DNA from: Candidatus Latescibacterota bacterium
GTDB lineage: Bacteria > Latescibacterota > UBA2968 > UBA8231
Direction: 5' to 3'
DNA length: 64,000 bases
NCBI GenBank assembly: GCA_963422735.1
Contig: OY730476.1
Coordinates: 2,560,001 to 2,624,000 of the forward strand
Part shown: piece by piece, positions 8,959 through 18,164 of the stretch
Position numbering within the stretch: position 1 is the first letter of the stretch
How the letters are laid out: every line of letters starts with the position of its first letter
The notes under the pieces: model-generated
The model's database searches: none
The model's input: only the letters and a program-made list of their open reading frames with translations
Told to the model about the DNA's origin: nothing
Position numbers and translations under genes: made by a program

Positions 8959-9960
8959 TTGTCGCTCAACTACGTCTTCCGTCGCCTCGGAGTGTTCCTA
9001 CTGGTCGTGTGGGCCGGGGCCACCATCAACTTCTTGATGCCCCGGCTGGCCCCGGTAAACCCCATCCGCGAGCGCCTGTTGCAGGCGGTTTCCTTCGGCG
9101 GTGCGGGCAAGACCGACATGGAGGCCGTGGTGGCCACGTACGAGGCTCGCTTCGGTCTCGATCAGCCCCTGTGGAAGCAATATCTCCGCTACCTTGGAGA
9201 TGTGGCGCGCCTCGACTTTGGGGTTTCCATCGCCAATTTTCCGAGCCGCGCTTCCGACATTATCATGCGCGCCCTGCCGTGGACGCTCGGCCTGCTGACG
9301 ACGGCGACGCTGATCGCCTTTGCCCTCGGCACGGTGCTCGGCGCACTGCTGGCTTGGCCGCGATCACCCGGTGCCCTGCACTACTTTGCCGCGCCCTTCT
9401 TGGCGCTGTCGGCGATTCCCTACTATCTGCTCGGCTTGGTTCTCGTATTCTTGCTGGGTTTCACCCTGCACGCTTTCCCTCTCGGCGGCGGCTTTACCTT
9501 GGGAACGCTACCTGGGCCGACCTTTGCCTTTGCCATCGACGTGATCTATCACTCTATCGTCCCTGCCCTGTCGATCGTGCTGTCGTCGGTGGGGTTTTGG
9601 GCTTTGTCGATGCGCGGCATGATGGTCACTGTCCAGGGCGAGGACTACGTCAACTACGCCGAGGCCCGAGGCTTAAAGAGCCGCGACATATTCTTCCGCT
9701 ACGCCCTGCGCAACGCTTTGTTGCCGCAGACCACGGCCTTGGCGCTGGCCATGGGCTACGTCGTGTCCGGGGCCGTGCTGGTGGAGGTGGTGTTCGCATA
9801 TCCGGGCGTGGGCACGGTGCTGTACCGCGCCGTGCAGACCTTCGACTACTTCGTCATCTACGGCGTTGTGCTCATGGTCATCCTCGCTATCGCCGTGGTG
9901 ACCCTGATCCTCGACTTGGTTTACCCGCTCCTCGATCCGCGCATTGTTTACCGTCGATGA
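8959..9960 (+). CDS. Peptide/oligosaccharide ABC transporter permease (OppB-like)
   Basis: FGLDQPLWKQY, AEARGL..YALRNALLP, DPR end. Confidence 0.92.
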   Translation: MSLNYVFRRLGVFLLVVWAGATINFLMPRLAPVNPIRERLLQAVSFGGAGKTDMEAVVATYEARFGLDQPLWKQYLRYLGDVARLDFGVSIANFPSRASDIIMRALPWTLGLLTTATLIAFALGTVLGALLAWPRSPGALHYFAAPFLALSAIPYYLLGLVLVFLLGFTLHAFPLGGGFTLGTLPGPTFAFAIDVIYHSIVPALSIVLSSVGFWALSMRGMMVTVQGEDYVNYAEARGLKSRDIFFRYALRNALLPQTTALALAMGYVVSGAVLVEVVFAYPGVGTVLYRAVQTFDYFVIYGVVLMVILAIAVVTLILDLVYPLLDPRIVYRR

Positions 9961-9966
9961 CGAGTT

Positions 9967-9992
9967 GGGCAACCACAAGGGATTGCCCCTAC
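9967..9992 (-). repeat. GTAG-type REP element
   Basis: Minus strand GTAGGGGCAATCCCTTGTGGTTGCCC: GTAG tetranucleotide plus GGGCAA/TTGCCC hairpin, located between the permease genes. Confidence 0.7.
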
Positions 9993-10018
9993 GGTGCTCC
10001 GCGCATGGCCTCTCGCCG

Positions 10019-10876
10019 ATGATGCTCTCGCCGATTTCCGCGGCAGCTCGCCGCCATCCCCAGCTTGCAGCCGGCTTAATCGTCGTCTTCGTGGTGATCG
10101 CCTTTGGTCCCGTGGGGACCCTGTTCGTCGATACGGATCTGGCCCGCGTCGGCTCGGCAGAACCCAATTTGTCGCCGTCGTTGGAGCATCTCCTCGGCAC
10201 GGACGCGGCCGGGCGGGACCTGCTCGCGGTAATGGTGGCAGGCACACCGCTCACACTCAGGGTTGGCTTTCTCGCCGGTGCCGTCGGTCTAGGCATCGGC
10301 ATTCTCCTCGGCTTTCTCGCCGGGTACTTCGGCGGCTTAGTGGACGCCCTGATCCGGGGTGCCGCCGACGTGCTGCTGACCGTGCCCGGCCTGCTGTTCC
10401 TCGTGGTGCTGGCCACCTCGTTGCGCACAGCCGTCACTGTTGATATGATGGCCCTCGTGGTGGCCTCGCTGGCGTGGATGCTGCCGACGCGCACGATCCG
10501 CTCGCAGGTGCTGTCGATGCGCGAGCGCGCCTACGTGCAGGTGGCCCGGCTCTCCGGCATGAGGGACTTGGAGATCATCGCCCGAGAGCTGCTACCGAAC
10601 CTGCTGCCCTATCTAGCGGCCAGCTTTGTCAGCGCCGTGGGGGCCGCGGTGCTAGCCTCAATCGGACTGGAAGCGCTGGGCTTGGGCCCCCAGAACGAGC
10701 CTACCCTCGGGATGACTATCTACTGGGCTTTGTACTATACCTCACTGCTGCGGGGAATGTGGTGGTGGTGGGCACCGCCGATAGTGATGATCGTACTGAT
10801 CTTCCTCGGCTTGTTCCTCGTCTCCATGGGATTGGACCGCATCGCCAATCCACGCATATGGCGGGTCTCGTCGTGA
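10019..10876 (+). CDS. ABC transporter permease (OppC-like)
   Basis: HLLGTDAAGRD, ELLPNL, WWWW; start uncertain (ORF is open from 9944). Confidence 0.9.
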   Translation: MMLSPISAAARRHPQLAAGLIVVFVVIAFGPVGTLFVDTDLARVGSAEPNLSPSLEHLLGTDAAGRDLLAVMVAGTPLTLRVGFLAGAVGLGIGILLGFLAGYFGGLVDALIRGAADVLLTVPGLLFLVVLATSLRTAVTVDMMALVVASLAWMLPTRTIRSQVLSMRERAYVQVARLSGMRDLEIIARELLPNLLPYLAASFVSAVGAAVLASIGLEALGLGPQNEPTLGMTIYWALYYTSLLRGMWWWWAPPIVMIVLIFLGLFLVSMGLDRIANPRIWRVSS

Positions 10877-11856
10877 ACGCCGAGAGCAAAAGCCGCGTCG
10901 TACTGCGGGTGCAGGATCTGCGCGTCCACTACCATACTCAAAGGGGCCCGGTGTGCGCTGTAGAGGGCGTCGGCTTTGAGTTGCGGTCGGGCGAGCGGCT
11001 GGGCTTGGTGGGCGAGTCGGGCTCGGGCAAATCGACGACGGCCACGGCCCTGATGCGACTGATCCGGCCGCCCGGCCGGATCGAAGCGGGCCGGGTCGAG
11101 CTCGACGAACTAGAGCTGCTATCGTTGTCCGAGGAGGAGATGCGGGGTGTGCGCTTTTCGCGCATCTCCCTGATCCCCCAGGGCGTGATGAGTTCGCTCA
11201 ACCCGGTGATGCGAGTGGGTGCTCAGATCGCCGACACGATTGAGGCACACGAGGAGCGGCCGGACCGCAAGGCTTTACAGGAACGGGTAAAAAGCCTGCT
11301 GGCGCTGGTCGAGCTGGACCCGGCGACGGCGCGCAGGTACCCCCACGAACTCAGCGGCGGCATGAAACAGCGCGTGGGCATGGCCATTGCCGTGGCCTTG
11401 CGTCCCCAAGTGATTATCGCCGACGAGCCAACCAGCGCCTTGGATGTAGTCGTGCAAAAGCGGGTGATGGACACCTTGTTCCGCGTGCAGCAGGAACTCG
11501 ACGCCGCGGTGATTTTGGTGGGCCACGATATGGGCCTGATGGCCCAATGCGTGGACCGCATCGGCGTAATGTACGCCGGTCGGCTGGCCGAGCTCGGGCC
11601 GGTGCAAAGCCTGCTCGAAGAGCCGCTGCATCCGTACACGCGCATGCTGGTAGAAAGCCTGCCGTCTCTGGAGCGCAAGGGCGTGTTTCGCGGTATCCCC
11701 GGATTGCCGCCCTCGCTGCTGGAGCCGCCGCCGGGATGCCCCTTCCACCCGCGCTGTCCGCAGGTGATGGACCGCTGCTCAAAGCGCGTACCAGCGCTAG
11801 AAGTGGTGGCTGCTGAGCACCGAGCGGCCTGTCACCTGCACACCGAGGTCTCGTGA
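10873..11856 (+). CDS. ABC transporter ATP-binding protein (OppD-like)
   Basis: GESGSGKS, LSGGMKQR, DEPTSALD, HPYT, CPFHPRC; GTGA overlap. Confidence 0.93.
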   Translation: MNAESKSRVVLRVQDLRVHYHTQRGPVCAVEGVGFELRSGERLGLVGESGSGKSTTATALMRLIRPPGRIEAGRVELDELELLSLSEEEMRGVRFSRISLIPQGVMSSLNPVMRVGAQIADTIEAHEERPDRKALQERVKSLLALVELDPATARRYPHELSGGMKQRVGMAIAVALRPQVIIADEPTSALDVVVQKRVMDTLFRVQQELDAAVILVGHDMGLMAQCVDRIGVMYAGRLAELGPVQSLLEEPLHPYTRMLVESLPSLERKGVFRGIPGLPPSLLEPPPGCPFHPRCPQVMDRCSKRVPALEVVAAEHRAACHLHTEVS

Positions 11857-12911
11857 GCACGCCGCTGATCGAAGCGCGGGGTGCCAGCCGAGCCTTTGGC
11901 GGCGGCGTGTTCGACCGGCAGCAGATCGTCGCAGTCGCCGACGCCTCGCTGGTAATCCCGGAGGATGAGCCTGTGGTCGTAGCCATTGCTGGCGAAAGCG
12001 GCAGCGGCAAAACCACCTTGGCGCGCCTGCTGCTGGGTATCCTACCTCCGACCGGCGGATTGGTGCGCTACCAAGGCACGGAATTGCGCCATCTCGACGC
12101 CAAGGTGCGCCAGATATTCCGCCGGCAGGTGCAGGCCGTGTTTCAGGATCCCTTTGAGGTGTTCAATCCGTTCTATCGGGTGGACCACCCCCTAACGGTG
12201 CCGGTTGCCAAGTTCTTCCCGGAATTGTCGCGCCACGAGCGGCGGCAGCGGATCGAGGAGGGGTTGCAAGCGGTCGGCTTGCGGCCGGAGGAGACCCTCG
12301 GGCGCTATCCCCATCAGCTAAGCGGCGGTCAGCGCCAGCGCATCATGGTGGCGCGAGCGCTGTTGCTCGACCCGCGCGTGATCGTGGCCGACGAGCCCGT
12401 GTCGATGGTGGACGCCTCGTTGCGCGCTACCATCTTGGAGACGCTGTCCCGCATCCACCGAGAGCGCGGCATCAGTCTTGTATACATCACGCACGACCTG
12501 ACTACCGCGTATCAGCTGAGCCACACCATTCTCGTCATGTACCAGGGTGCGGTGGTCGAGGTGGGCGACGTGGAGCAGGTCATCAAAGTGCCGCAACACC
12601 CCTACACGCAGCTACTTGTGAATTCTATCCCGCTGCCGGACGCAAAACGCCGCTGGGGAGCAGGCTCTATTGATGGCACGCCTAGCGGCGCAGTGAGGTC
12701 GCCGACGGTGGAAGAGGGAGCACTGGCCCCGAGCACCAGCGGCGGCTGCGCCTTTGCCGAGCGCTGCCCCCACGTCATGCCCCGCTGTCGCCAGCAGCGT
12801 CCGCCGCTGGTGCAGACCGATGCTGGTCGCGCTGCTGCCTGCTATCTCTACGAGGACGGGGCGGTGCTGTCGGAAGAGCAGGTCGCCGGCCTGTCCTACG
12901 GAGGTGGGTAA
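11853..12911 (+). CDS. ABC transporter ATP-binding protein (OppF-like)
   Basis: GESGSGKT, LSGGQRQR, DEPVSMVD, HPYT. Confidence 0.93.
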   Translation: MSTPLIEARGASRAFGGGVFDRQQIVAVADASLVIPEDEPVVVAIAGESGSGKTTLARLLLGILPPTGGLVRYQGTELRHLDAKVRQIFRRQVQAVFQDPFEVFNPFYRVDHPLTVPVAKFFPELSRHERRQRIEEGLQAVGLRPEETLGRYPHQLSGGQRQRIMVARALLLDPRVIVADEPVSMVDASLRATILETLSRIHRERGISLVYITHDLTTAYQLSHTILVMYQGAVVEVGDVEQVIKVPQHPYTQLLVNSIPLPDAKRRWGAGSIDGTPSGAVRSPTVEEGALAPSTSGGCAFAERCPHVMPRCRQQRPPLVQTDAGRAAACYLYEDGAVLSEEQVAGLSYGGG

Positions 12912-13099
12912 GGGATGTGGTGCCCTGAACTGCAAGCCACCCGCGACGACATCGCGATTCGCCGCATCCGCATCGCCAAAGACCGGCTCGACAACGCAGT
13001 CGCGTGCGCGGCTCGGCAATCTCGACGAGACGACGAGATGATCCCGTTGATTGCCCTAGCTGGAGTGCTCAATAAGTCCGAGCGACAGGAAGGAGTCTG

Positions 13100-14251
13100 A
13101 TGGACGTCTTCGCGTTCCGCAAGGAGCTTATTTCAGAATACGAACGCTTCTCTCGAAGTTTCACCCAGATCCGGGCGGCAGAGGCGGCAGACATTCACAA
13201 AGCTGTTGATGAGGCTTACGCCAGTGGCCGTTTCTGGCCCGCTCCCCTCATCCAGTTGAACCCAAATTTCGTGCCGGATGGGTCTATTGACGAGTTTGTA
13301 GCAAAGGGCGCCCTCGAGGCGGAGTGCGCGAAGATCTTTCGCATCAAGAGCCCAACCGACCCCCTCGGCCAACCGCTCGTGTTGCACAAACACCAAGCCG
13401 AAGCCATAGCTATCGCCCGACGAGGCGAGAGCTATGTCCTGACAACGGGTACAGGATCCGGCAAATCGCTCAGTTACTTCATCCCCATTGTCAATGACGT
13501 ATTGCGGCGGAAGAAGTCCGGCGACCCCTGCAAGGGCATCTGTGCCATGGTTGTCTATCCGATGAATGCCCTGTGCAACAGCCAGTGCGAGGAGTTGGAG
13601 AAATTTCTCAAGCGCGGCTATGGCGAGGGTAGCCAACCGGTGACCTTTGCCCGTTATACCGGCCAAGAAACTAACGAGGAGCGGGAGCACATTGCGAAGA
13701 ATCCTCCCGACATCCTCCTGACGAACTACGTCATGCTCGAGTTAATCATGACGAGGTTCATAGAGACCGATAAAGCAGTGCGGCAACACGCCGCCGGGCT
13801 ACGGTTTCTGGTCTTGGACGAATTGCACACGTACCGGGGGCGTCAAGGGGCTGACGTGGCCATGCTGGTCCGGCGCGTGCGGGAGCGGTTCAACGAGAAT
13901 CTCCTCTGTATCGGCACCTCTGCCACCATGGCTTCAGAGGGTAAGGCCGAGGAGCAGAATGCGGCTGTTGCGAACATCGCCAGTCGGCTGTTCGGGGTCG
14001 CTGTCAGCGCGGACAACATCATCACCGAAACCTTGGAGCCCGTTACCAACGACGAAACGCCTAGCGATCCATCCAGCCTGAGACACGCCATCGAGACAGG
14101 CGTACCGGCGAGCCCAACCTACGATGAACTTTCAAGACATCCGGTTGCAGCTTGGGTGGAACGGAAGCTCGGCCTGGGGGATCATTGCCAACGGCTCGAA
14201 ACTGCGTCTCCTCCGCGACAACGCCAGCCTGACTCGGCCCGCCTGCATTGA
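13100..14251 (+). pseudogene. DEAD/DEAH-box helicase, C-terminally truncated (defence-associated type)
   Basis: TGTGSGKS, YPMNAL, TNYVMLE, DELHTY, TSAT present; motifs V/VI and the second RecA domain absent; helicase-like sequence ends near 14175. Confidence 0.85.
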
Positions 14252-17200
14252 GGCCGACTTGGACCTCATGTTCGCAGAGGCACTCTATGCGGATTTTGCG
14301 GCTTTCTGGCTCACCGTCCACGCCAGCCGTTTGCAGCCAACCAATGGCAAGCCGTCTAGTTGCATCATCGAAAGCTGGCGCACCCAAGCTCATCAGACCG
14401 GTGAACGCGCCTTAGACAATCTCCGCGACGGCGTCACCCAAGCCCTACGGCAGATCGGCAACGGCTTCCTACAGCATCCGGGCAACGATGCGCTGCGGAC
14501 CAACCTCGACGCGGGCAAGCTCTCGCCCGAGGGCTATTTCCAGCAGCTTCTCCGGTTCATTTACCGCCTGCTCTTTCTCTTTACGGCCGAAGAGCGCGAT
14601 CTCCTGCATATACCGGGGGCCACCAACCAACAGCGCACCCTGTTCGCCGAGGGGTATTCTCTTTCTCGGTTGCGCGACCGCGCCCTGCGCCGACGCCATT
14701 ACGACCACCACCACGATCTCTATGAGGGCCTGCGGATTACCTTCGGTGCGCTCGCCCAAGGGGTGTCTGCTCTGGGGCTGCCGGCTTTAGGCGGCTTGTT
14801 CCGCTCGGATCAGTGCCCGGATTTGGACGGGGCCGCCCTGGCCAATGAGCGGCTTTTGGAAGCGGTGAGGAATCTCGCTTTCTTCCGCACCGACTCCGCC
14901 CTTGCCCGCGTCAACTACCGGGACATGGGCACCGAAGAGCTCGGTTCGGTGTACGAAAGCCTCTTGGAGCTCCAGCCGGTGGTAGATGTGAACGCTGCGC
15001 CTTGGGCTTTTGGCTTTGTTGGCGATGGAAACGGAGAGCAGGCCGGAGGCTCGGCGAGAAAGCTCACGGGCTCGTACTACACGCCCGCTACGCTCGTGAG
15101 CGAGCTAATCAAATCAACGCTCGATCCCGTGCTCGCCCAAGCGGTCGCTGACCGTCCCGAAGATCCGCGGGCCGCCATTCTCGCCTTAAAGGTCATCGAT
15201 CCGGCATGCGGCTCCGGGCATTTCCTCCTAGCGGCGGCACGGCGCATGGCTGCCGAGATTGCCCGTATCGAGGCTGGTATGAGCAGATCCGGCGAGACTG
15301 CACACCAGCATGCGCTGCGGGACGTGGTGCAAAACTGCATCTACGGGGTGGATCGGAACTCGCTGGCGGTTGAGCTGTGCAAGACCGCCCTGTGGATCGA
15401 AACCGTGCAGCCGGGCAAGCCGCTGACCTTTCTCGATGCGCACATCTTGCACGGCGACAGCCTCGTCGGCGTTCTCGACCCGGAGATTATGGCAAACGGC
15501 ATTCCGGCCGCAGCGTACAAGCCCTTGACCGGCGATGATAAGGCCGTCTGCACCGAGCTCAAAAAGCGCAACCGCCAAGCGGGCGACGCGGTGCAGGGCG
15601 ATCTGTTCAATAAAGACAGCCTGCTCGAAGTGGCGGTGGCTACCTTAGACCTCGACGACATGCCCGAGGAAACGATTGAGGATGTAGAGAAAAAGCGCGC
15701 CGCGTATGCAGCCATGCGCGTACAGGAAGATCGCACCCAAGAGGAACTGCGGGCGAATTTGTTTGTCGGGGCGTATTTTGCCCAAAAGACGCGGGGCAGC
15801 ACGGACGCGGTGCCGATCACCGAGGATTTCAACCGCCTCGACGCCGGCTTGGTCATGCGGCCCGGCGTCTGTGATGCGGTTGGCAAGCTAGCCCGGGAGC
15901 ATCGCTTCTTTCATTGGCATCTGGCCTTTGCCGAGATCGTGCAGGATGGGGGGTTTGACGTGGTGTTGGGAAATCCGCCGTGGGAACGCATCAAGTTGCA
16001 GGAGCAGGAGTTTTTTGCGTCGCGGTCGCCGGACATCGCCCATGCTCCGAACAAGGCCGCCCGCGACCGGCTTATCAAGCAACTAGCCCTCGAAGACGCC
16101 CTGCCTGCTGAAAAGGCCCTTTTTGCCGAGTTCCAAACCGCACAACGGCGAGCCGAGGCCACTTCTCAGTTTGTCCGCACCGGGGATAGATTCCCGCTTG
16201 CCGGCATTGGCGATGTCAACACGTATGCGGTATTTGCCGAGTTGTTCTTCGAGTTGATCGGTTCGCGAGGGAGAGCGGGCCTGATCGTACCTTCTGGCAT
16301 TGCCACCGACCATTCGACCAAAGCGTTTTTCGACGAAATTGTCACCAACAAAAGACTCGTCAGCCTCTACGACTTTGAGAACCGGGAGAAAGTTTTCCCA
16401 AGCATAGACAGCCGGATCAAATTCTGCCTGCTCACGCTGACCGGCACCGAGCATCCCTGTCCACAGGCCGAGTTCGCCTTCTTCCTGCACCAAGCCGAGC
16501 AACTGCGCGATCCCGAGCGTCGGTTTGCGTTATCAGCGGAAGATTTCGCCCTGTTCAATCCCAACACCCGCACCTGCCCCATCTTCCGCACCCGGCGCGA
16601 CATGGAAATCGCCCGCAAGATGTACCGCCGGGCCGGCGTCCTGTGGAAGGAGGCGAAAGGCGGCGAGGAGGAAGTGAACCCTTGGGGCGTGAAGTTCCAG
16701 CGCATGTTCGACATGTCCAATGACTCCGGCCTCTTCCGCACCCGCGAGCAGTTGGAAGAAGCGGGCTGGCATCTTGTGGGCAACGCGTTCATGCACCCTT
16801 CGACGAGCAAGGAGCACGAGCAGTCCGTCGCCGGCATAGGCGACGCAACGAGCGGCCGCTACCTCCCCCTGTACGAAGCCAAGCTGTTCCACCAATACGA
16901 CCATCGCTTCGCCACCTTTGACGGGGTTTCGGAAAAAGACCGCAAAGGCGGCAAGGCCCGCCCCATGACGGCGGCGGAAAAAGCGGGCGCTCAGGCCGTT
17001 GTCCTTCCTCGATATTGGGTGCCAGAAGAAGAAGTGCAAAAAAGACTTGACAAAACCGGAACGACCGAATTTTTGACGACCGACAGGACAGGACAGGACA
17101 GGACAGGACAGGACAGGACAGGACAGGACAGGACAGGACAGGACAGGACAGGACAGGACAGGACAGGACAGGACAGGACAGGACAGGACAGGACAGGACA

Positions 17201-17357
17201 GGACAGGACAGGACAGGACAAGTCCTATTACGTCGCACTACGAGCAATCACAAGAGCTACGGACGTCCGCACGACGATCAGTGCAGTCGTGCCGCGAAAC
17301 GGACTGGGCAAGGGAACAGTCATCCGACTCAAGAATGGGAGTTGGCTTTGCGACTGA
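14124..17357 (+). CDS. Eco57I-like (type IIG / DrmM-like) N6-adenine DNA methyltransferase, N-terminally clipped, phase-variable
   Basis: ELGSVYESLL, GSYYTP, DPACGSGHFL, GNPPW, LPLYEAK; (DRTGQ)9 from the repeat tract; stops before the C-terminal domain in the assembled phase. Confidence 0.88.
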   Translation: MNFQDIRLQLGWNGSSAWGIIANGSKLRLLRDNASLTRPACIEADLDLMFAEALYADFAAFWLTVHASRLQPTNGKPSSCIIESWRTQAHQTGERALDNLRDGVTQALRQIGNGFLQHPGNDALRTNLDAGKLSPEGYFQQLLRFIYRLLFLFTAEERDLLHIPGATNQQRTLFAEGYSLSRLRDRALRRRHYDHHHDLYEGLRITFGALAQGVSALGLPALGGLFRSDQCPDLDGAALANERLLEAVRNLAFFRTDSALARVNYRDMGTEELGSVYESLLELQPVVDVNAAPWAFGFVGDGNGEQAGGSARKLTGSYYTPATLVSELIKSTLDPVLAQAVADRPEDPRAAILALKVIDPACGSGHFLLAAARRMAAEIARIEAGMSRSGETAHQHALRDVVQNCIYGVDRNSLAVELCKTALWIETVQPGKPLTFLDAHILHGDSLVGVLDPEIMANGIPAAAYKPLTGDDKAVCTELKKRNRQAGDAVQGDLFNKDSLLEVAVATLDLDDMPEETIEDVEKKRAAYAAMRVQEDRTQEELRANLFVGAYFAQKTRGSTDAVPITEDFNRLDAGLVMRPGVCDAVGKLAREHRFFHWHLAFAEIVQDGGFDVVLGNPPWERIKLQEQEFFASRSPDIAHAPNKAARDRLIKQLALEDALPAEKALFAEFQTAQRRAEATSQFVRTGDRFPLAGIGDVNTYAVFAELFFELIGSRGRAGLIVPSGIATDHSTKAFFDEIVTNKRLVSLYDFENREKVFPSIDSRIKFCLLTLTGTEHPCPQAEFAFFLHQAEQLRDPERRFALSAEDFALFNPNTRTCPIFRTRRDMEIARKMYRRAGVLWKEAKGGEEEVNPWGVKFQRMFDMSNDSGLFRTREQLEEAGWHLVGNAFMHPSTSKEHEQSVAGIGDATSGRYLPLYEAKLFHQYDHRFATFDGVSEKDRKGGKARPMTAAEKAGAQAVVLPRYWVPEEEVQKRLDKTGTTEFLTTDRTGQDRTGQDRTGQDRTGQDRTGQDRTGQDRTGQDRTGQDRTGQDKSYYVALRAITRATDVRTTISAVVPRNGLGKGTVIRLKNGSWLCD
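17082..17220 (+). repeat. Simple sequence repeat (GACAG)27 + GACA inside the methyltransferase
   Basis: Perfect pentamer tract of 139 bp, counted directly. Confidence 0.98.
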
Positions 17358-18060
17358 TCACAACAGCAACCAACCAGAGAACAGTGATAGCGTCTCTTAT
17401 TCCAGACACGGGCCTTGGTCACAAAGGAGCCGTCATCACGCTGGACGTTGGATCATTCCTTTTCGAAAAACCACCAATGCCACGAATGAGCGGACCGGCA
17501 TCGCTTCGTTCGTCCCAAGGTCAGGCATGAGCGATCGGGCACCACTTCTCTGTATCGAAGATGCTGAGGCTGCGGCACTGTTTGTCTCGACCCTCAATTC
17601 ACTTGTGCTGGACTTCGCGGCTCGGTCTGCGGTTGGCGGTACAGACCTCAGTTTCTTCATCGTCAAGCAGCTCCCCGTCCTGCCACCCGAAGCCTATCTC
17701 GAAGAGGCTTTCTCCGGCCTCAGATACGTCGAACTCATCGTCCCTCGCGTCTTAGAGCTTACGTACACCGCCGCCGACCTCGAAGGTTTCGCCCGCGACT
17801 TAGGCTACGACGGCCCGCCCTTTTCCTACGACGACGACCGCCGCCACCGCCTCAAGTGCGAGCTGGACGCCATCTTCGCGCACCTATACCAGCTAGACCG
17901 CGACGACCTCGAATGGATTTTAGACGCGCCCGAGCCGAGCGAGTCCTTCCCAGCCCTCAAACGCAACGAGATGAAGGAGTTCGGCGAATACCGCACCCAA
18001 CGCTACGTCCTCTGCGCCTACGACCAATTGGCCCGCGGTGAGCTCCCAGACCTGACGTAA
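17221..18060 (+). CDS. C-terminal part of the methyltransferase (segment 3 plus C-terminal domain), out of frame in this phase
   Basis: LNSLVLDFAAR..FFIVKQLPVLPP..ELDAIFAHLY..FGEYRT; frame open from the repeat to 18060; internal ATG at 17527. Confidence 0.85.
   Translation, partial: SPITSHYEQSQELRTSARRSVQSCRETDWAREQSSDSRMGVGFATDHNSNQPENSDSVSYSRHGPWSQRSRHHAGRWIIPFRKTTNATNERTGIASFVPRSGMSDRAPLLCIEDAEAAALFVSTLNSLVLDFAARSAVGGTDLSFFIVKQLPVLPPEAYLEEAFSGLRYVELIVPRVLELTYTAADLEGFARDLGYDGPPFSYDDDRRHRLKCELDAIFAHLYQLDRDDLEWILDAPEPSESFPALKRNEMKEFGEYRTQRYVLCAYDQLARGELPDLT
17226..17556 (+). repeat. Three tandem diverged ~110-bp paralogous segments, one per reading frame
   Basis: YYVALRAITRATDVRTTISAVVPRNGLG (from 17226), WELALRLITTATNQRTVIASLIPDTGLG (from 17336), WIIPFRKTTNATNERTGIASFVPRSGMS (from 17449). 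Confidence 0.88.
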
Positions 18061-18164
18061 TGCAGGCGACGGACTGCTCGACAGGCTCAACGAGCGGAGG
18101 GAGGTGGGCTGGAAGCATCTGTACCAAACCAATTTCAGCTTCTAACTGACGTTGCTCAGTGCCG

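Noticed and set aside
9009-10022. Long alternative-frame ORFs (also 6331-7140, 56963-57859, 58217-59059)
   Set aside because: Arg/Gly/Pro-rich or antisense shadows expected from high-GC codon usage over real genes
10474-10872. 133-aa N-terminal extension of the ABC ATPase
   Set aside because: Overlaps the permease; GTG at 10873 with a GTGA overlap is the natural start
12915-13100. 61-aa ORF before the helicase
   Set aside because: No recognisable motif; may be a remnant but cannot be supported
17082-17220. CRISPR array or pure assembly artefact
   Set aside because: No spacers and no cas genes. The exact length may be imprecise, but the staggered segments downstream argue for a real contingency tract.
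16789-17247. Minus-strand ORFs with (CPVLS)n
   Set aside because: Shadow translation of the GACAG tract
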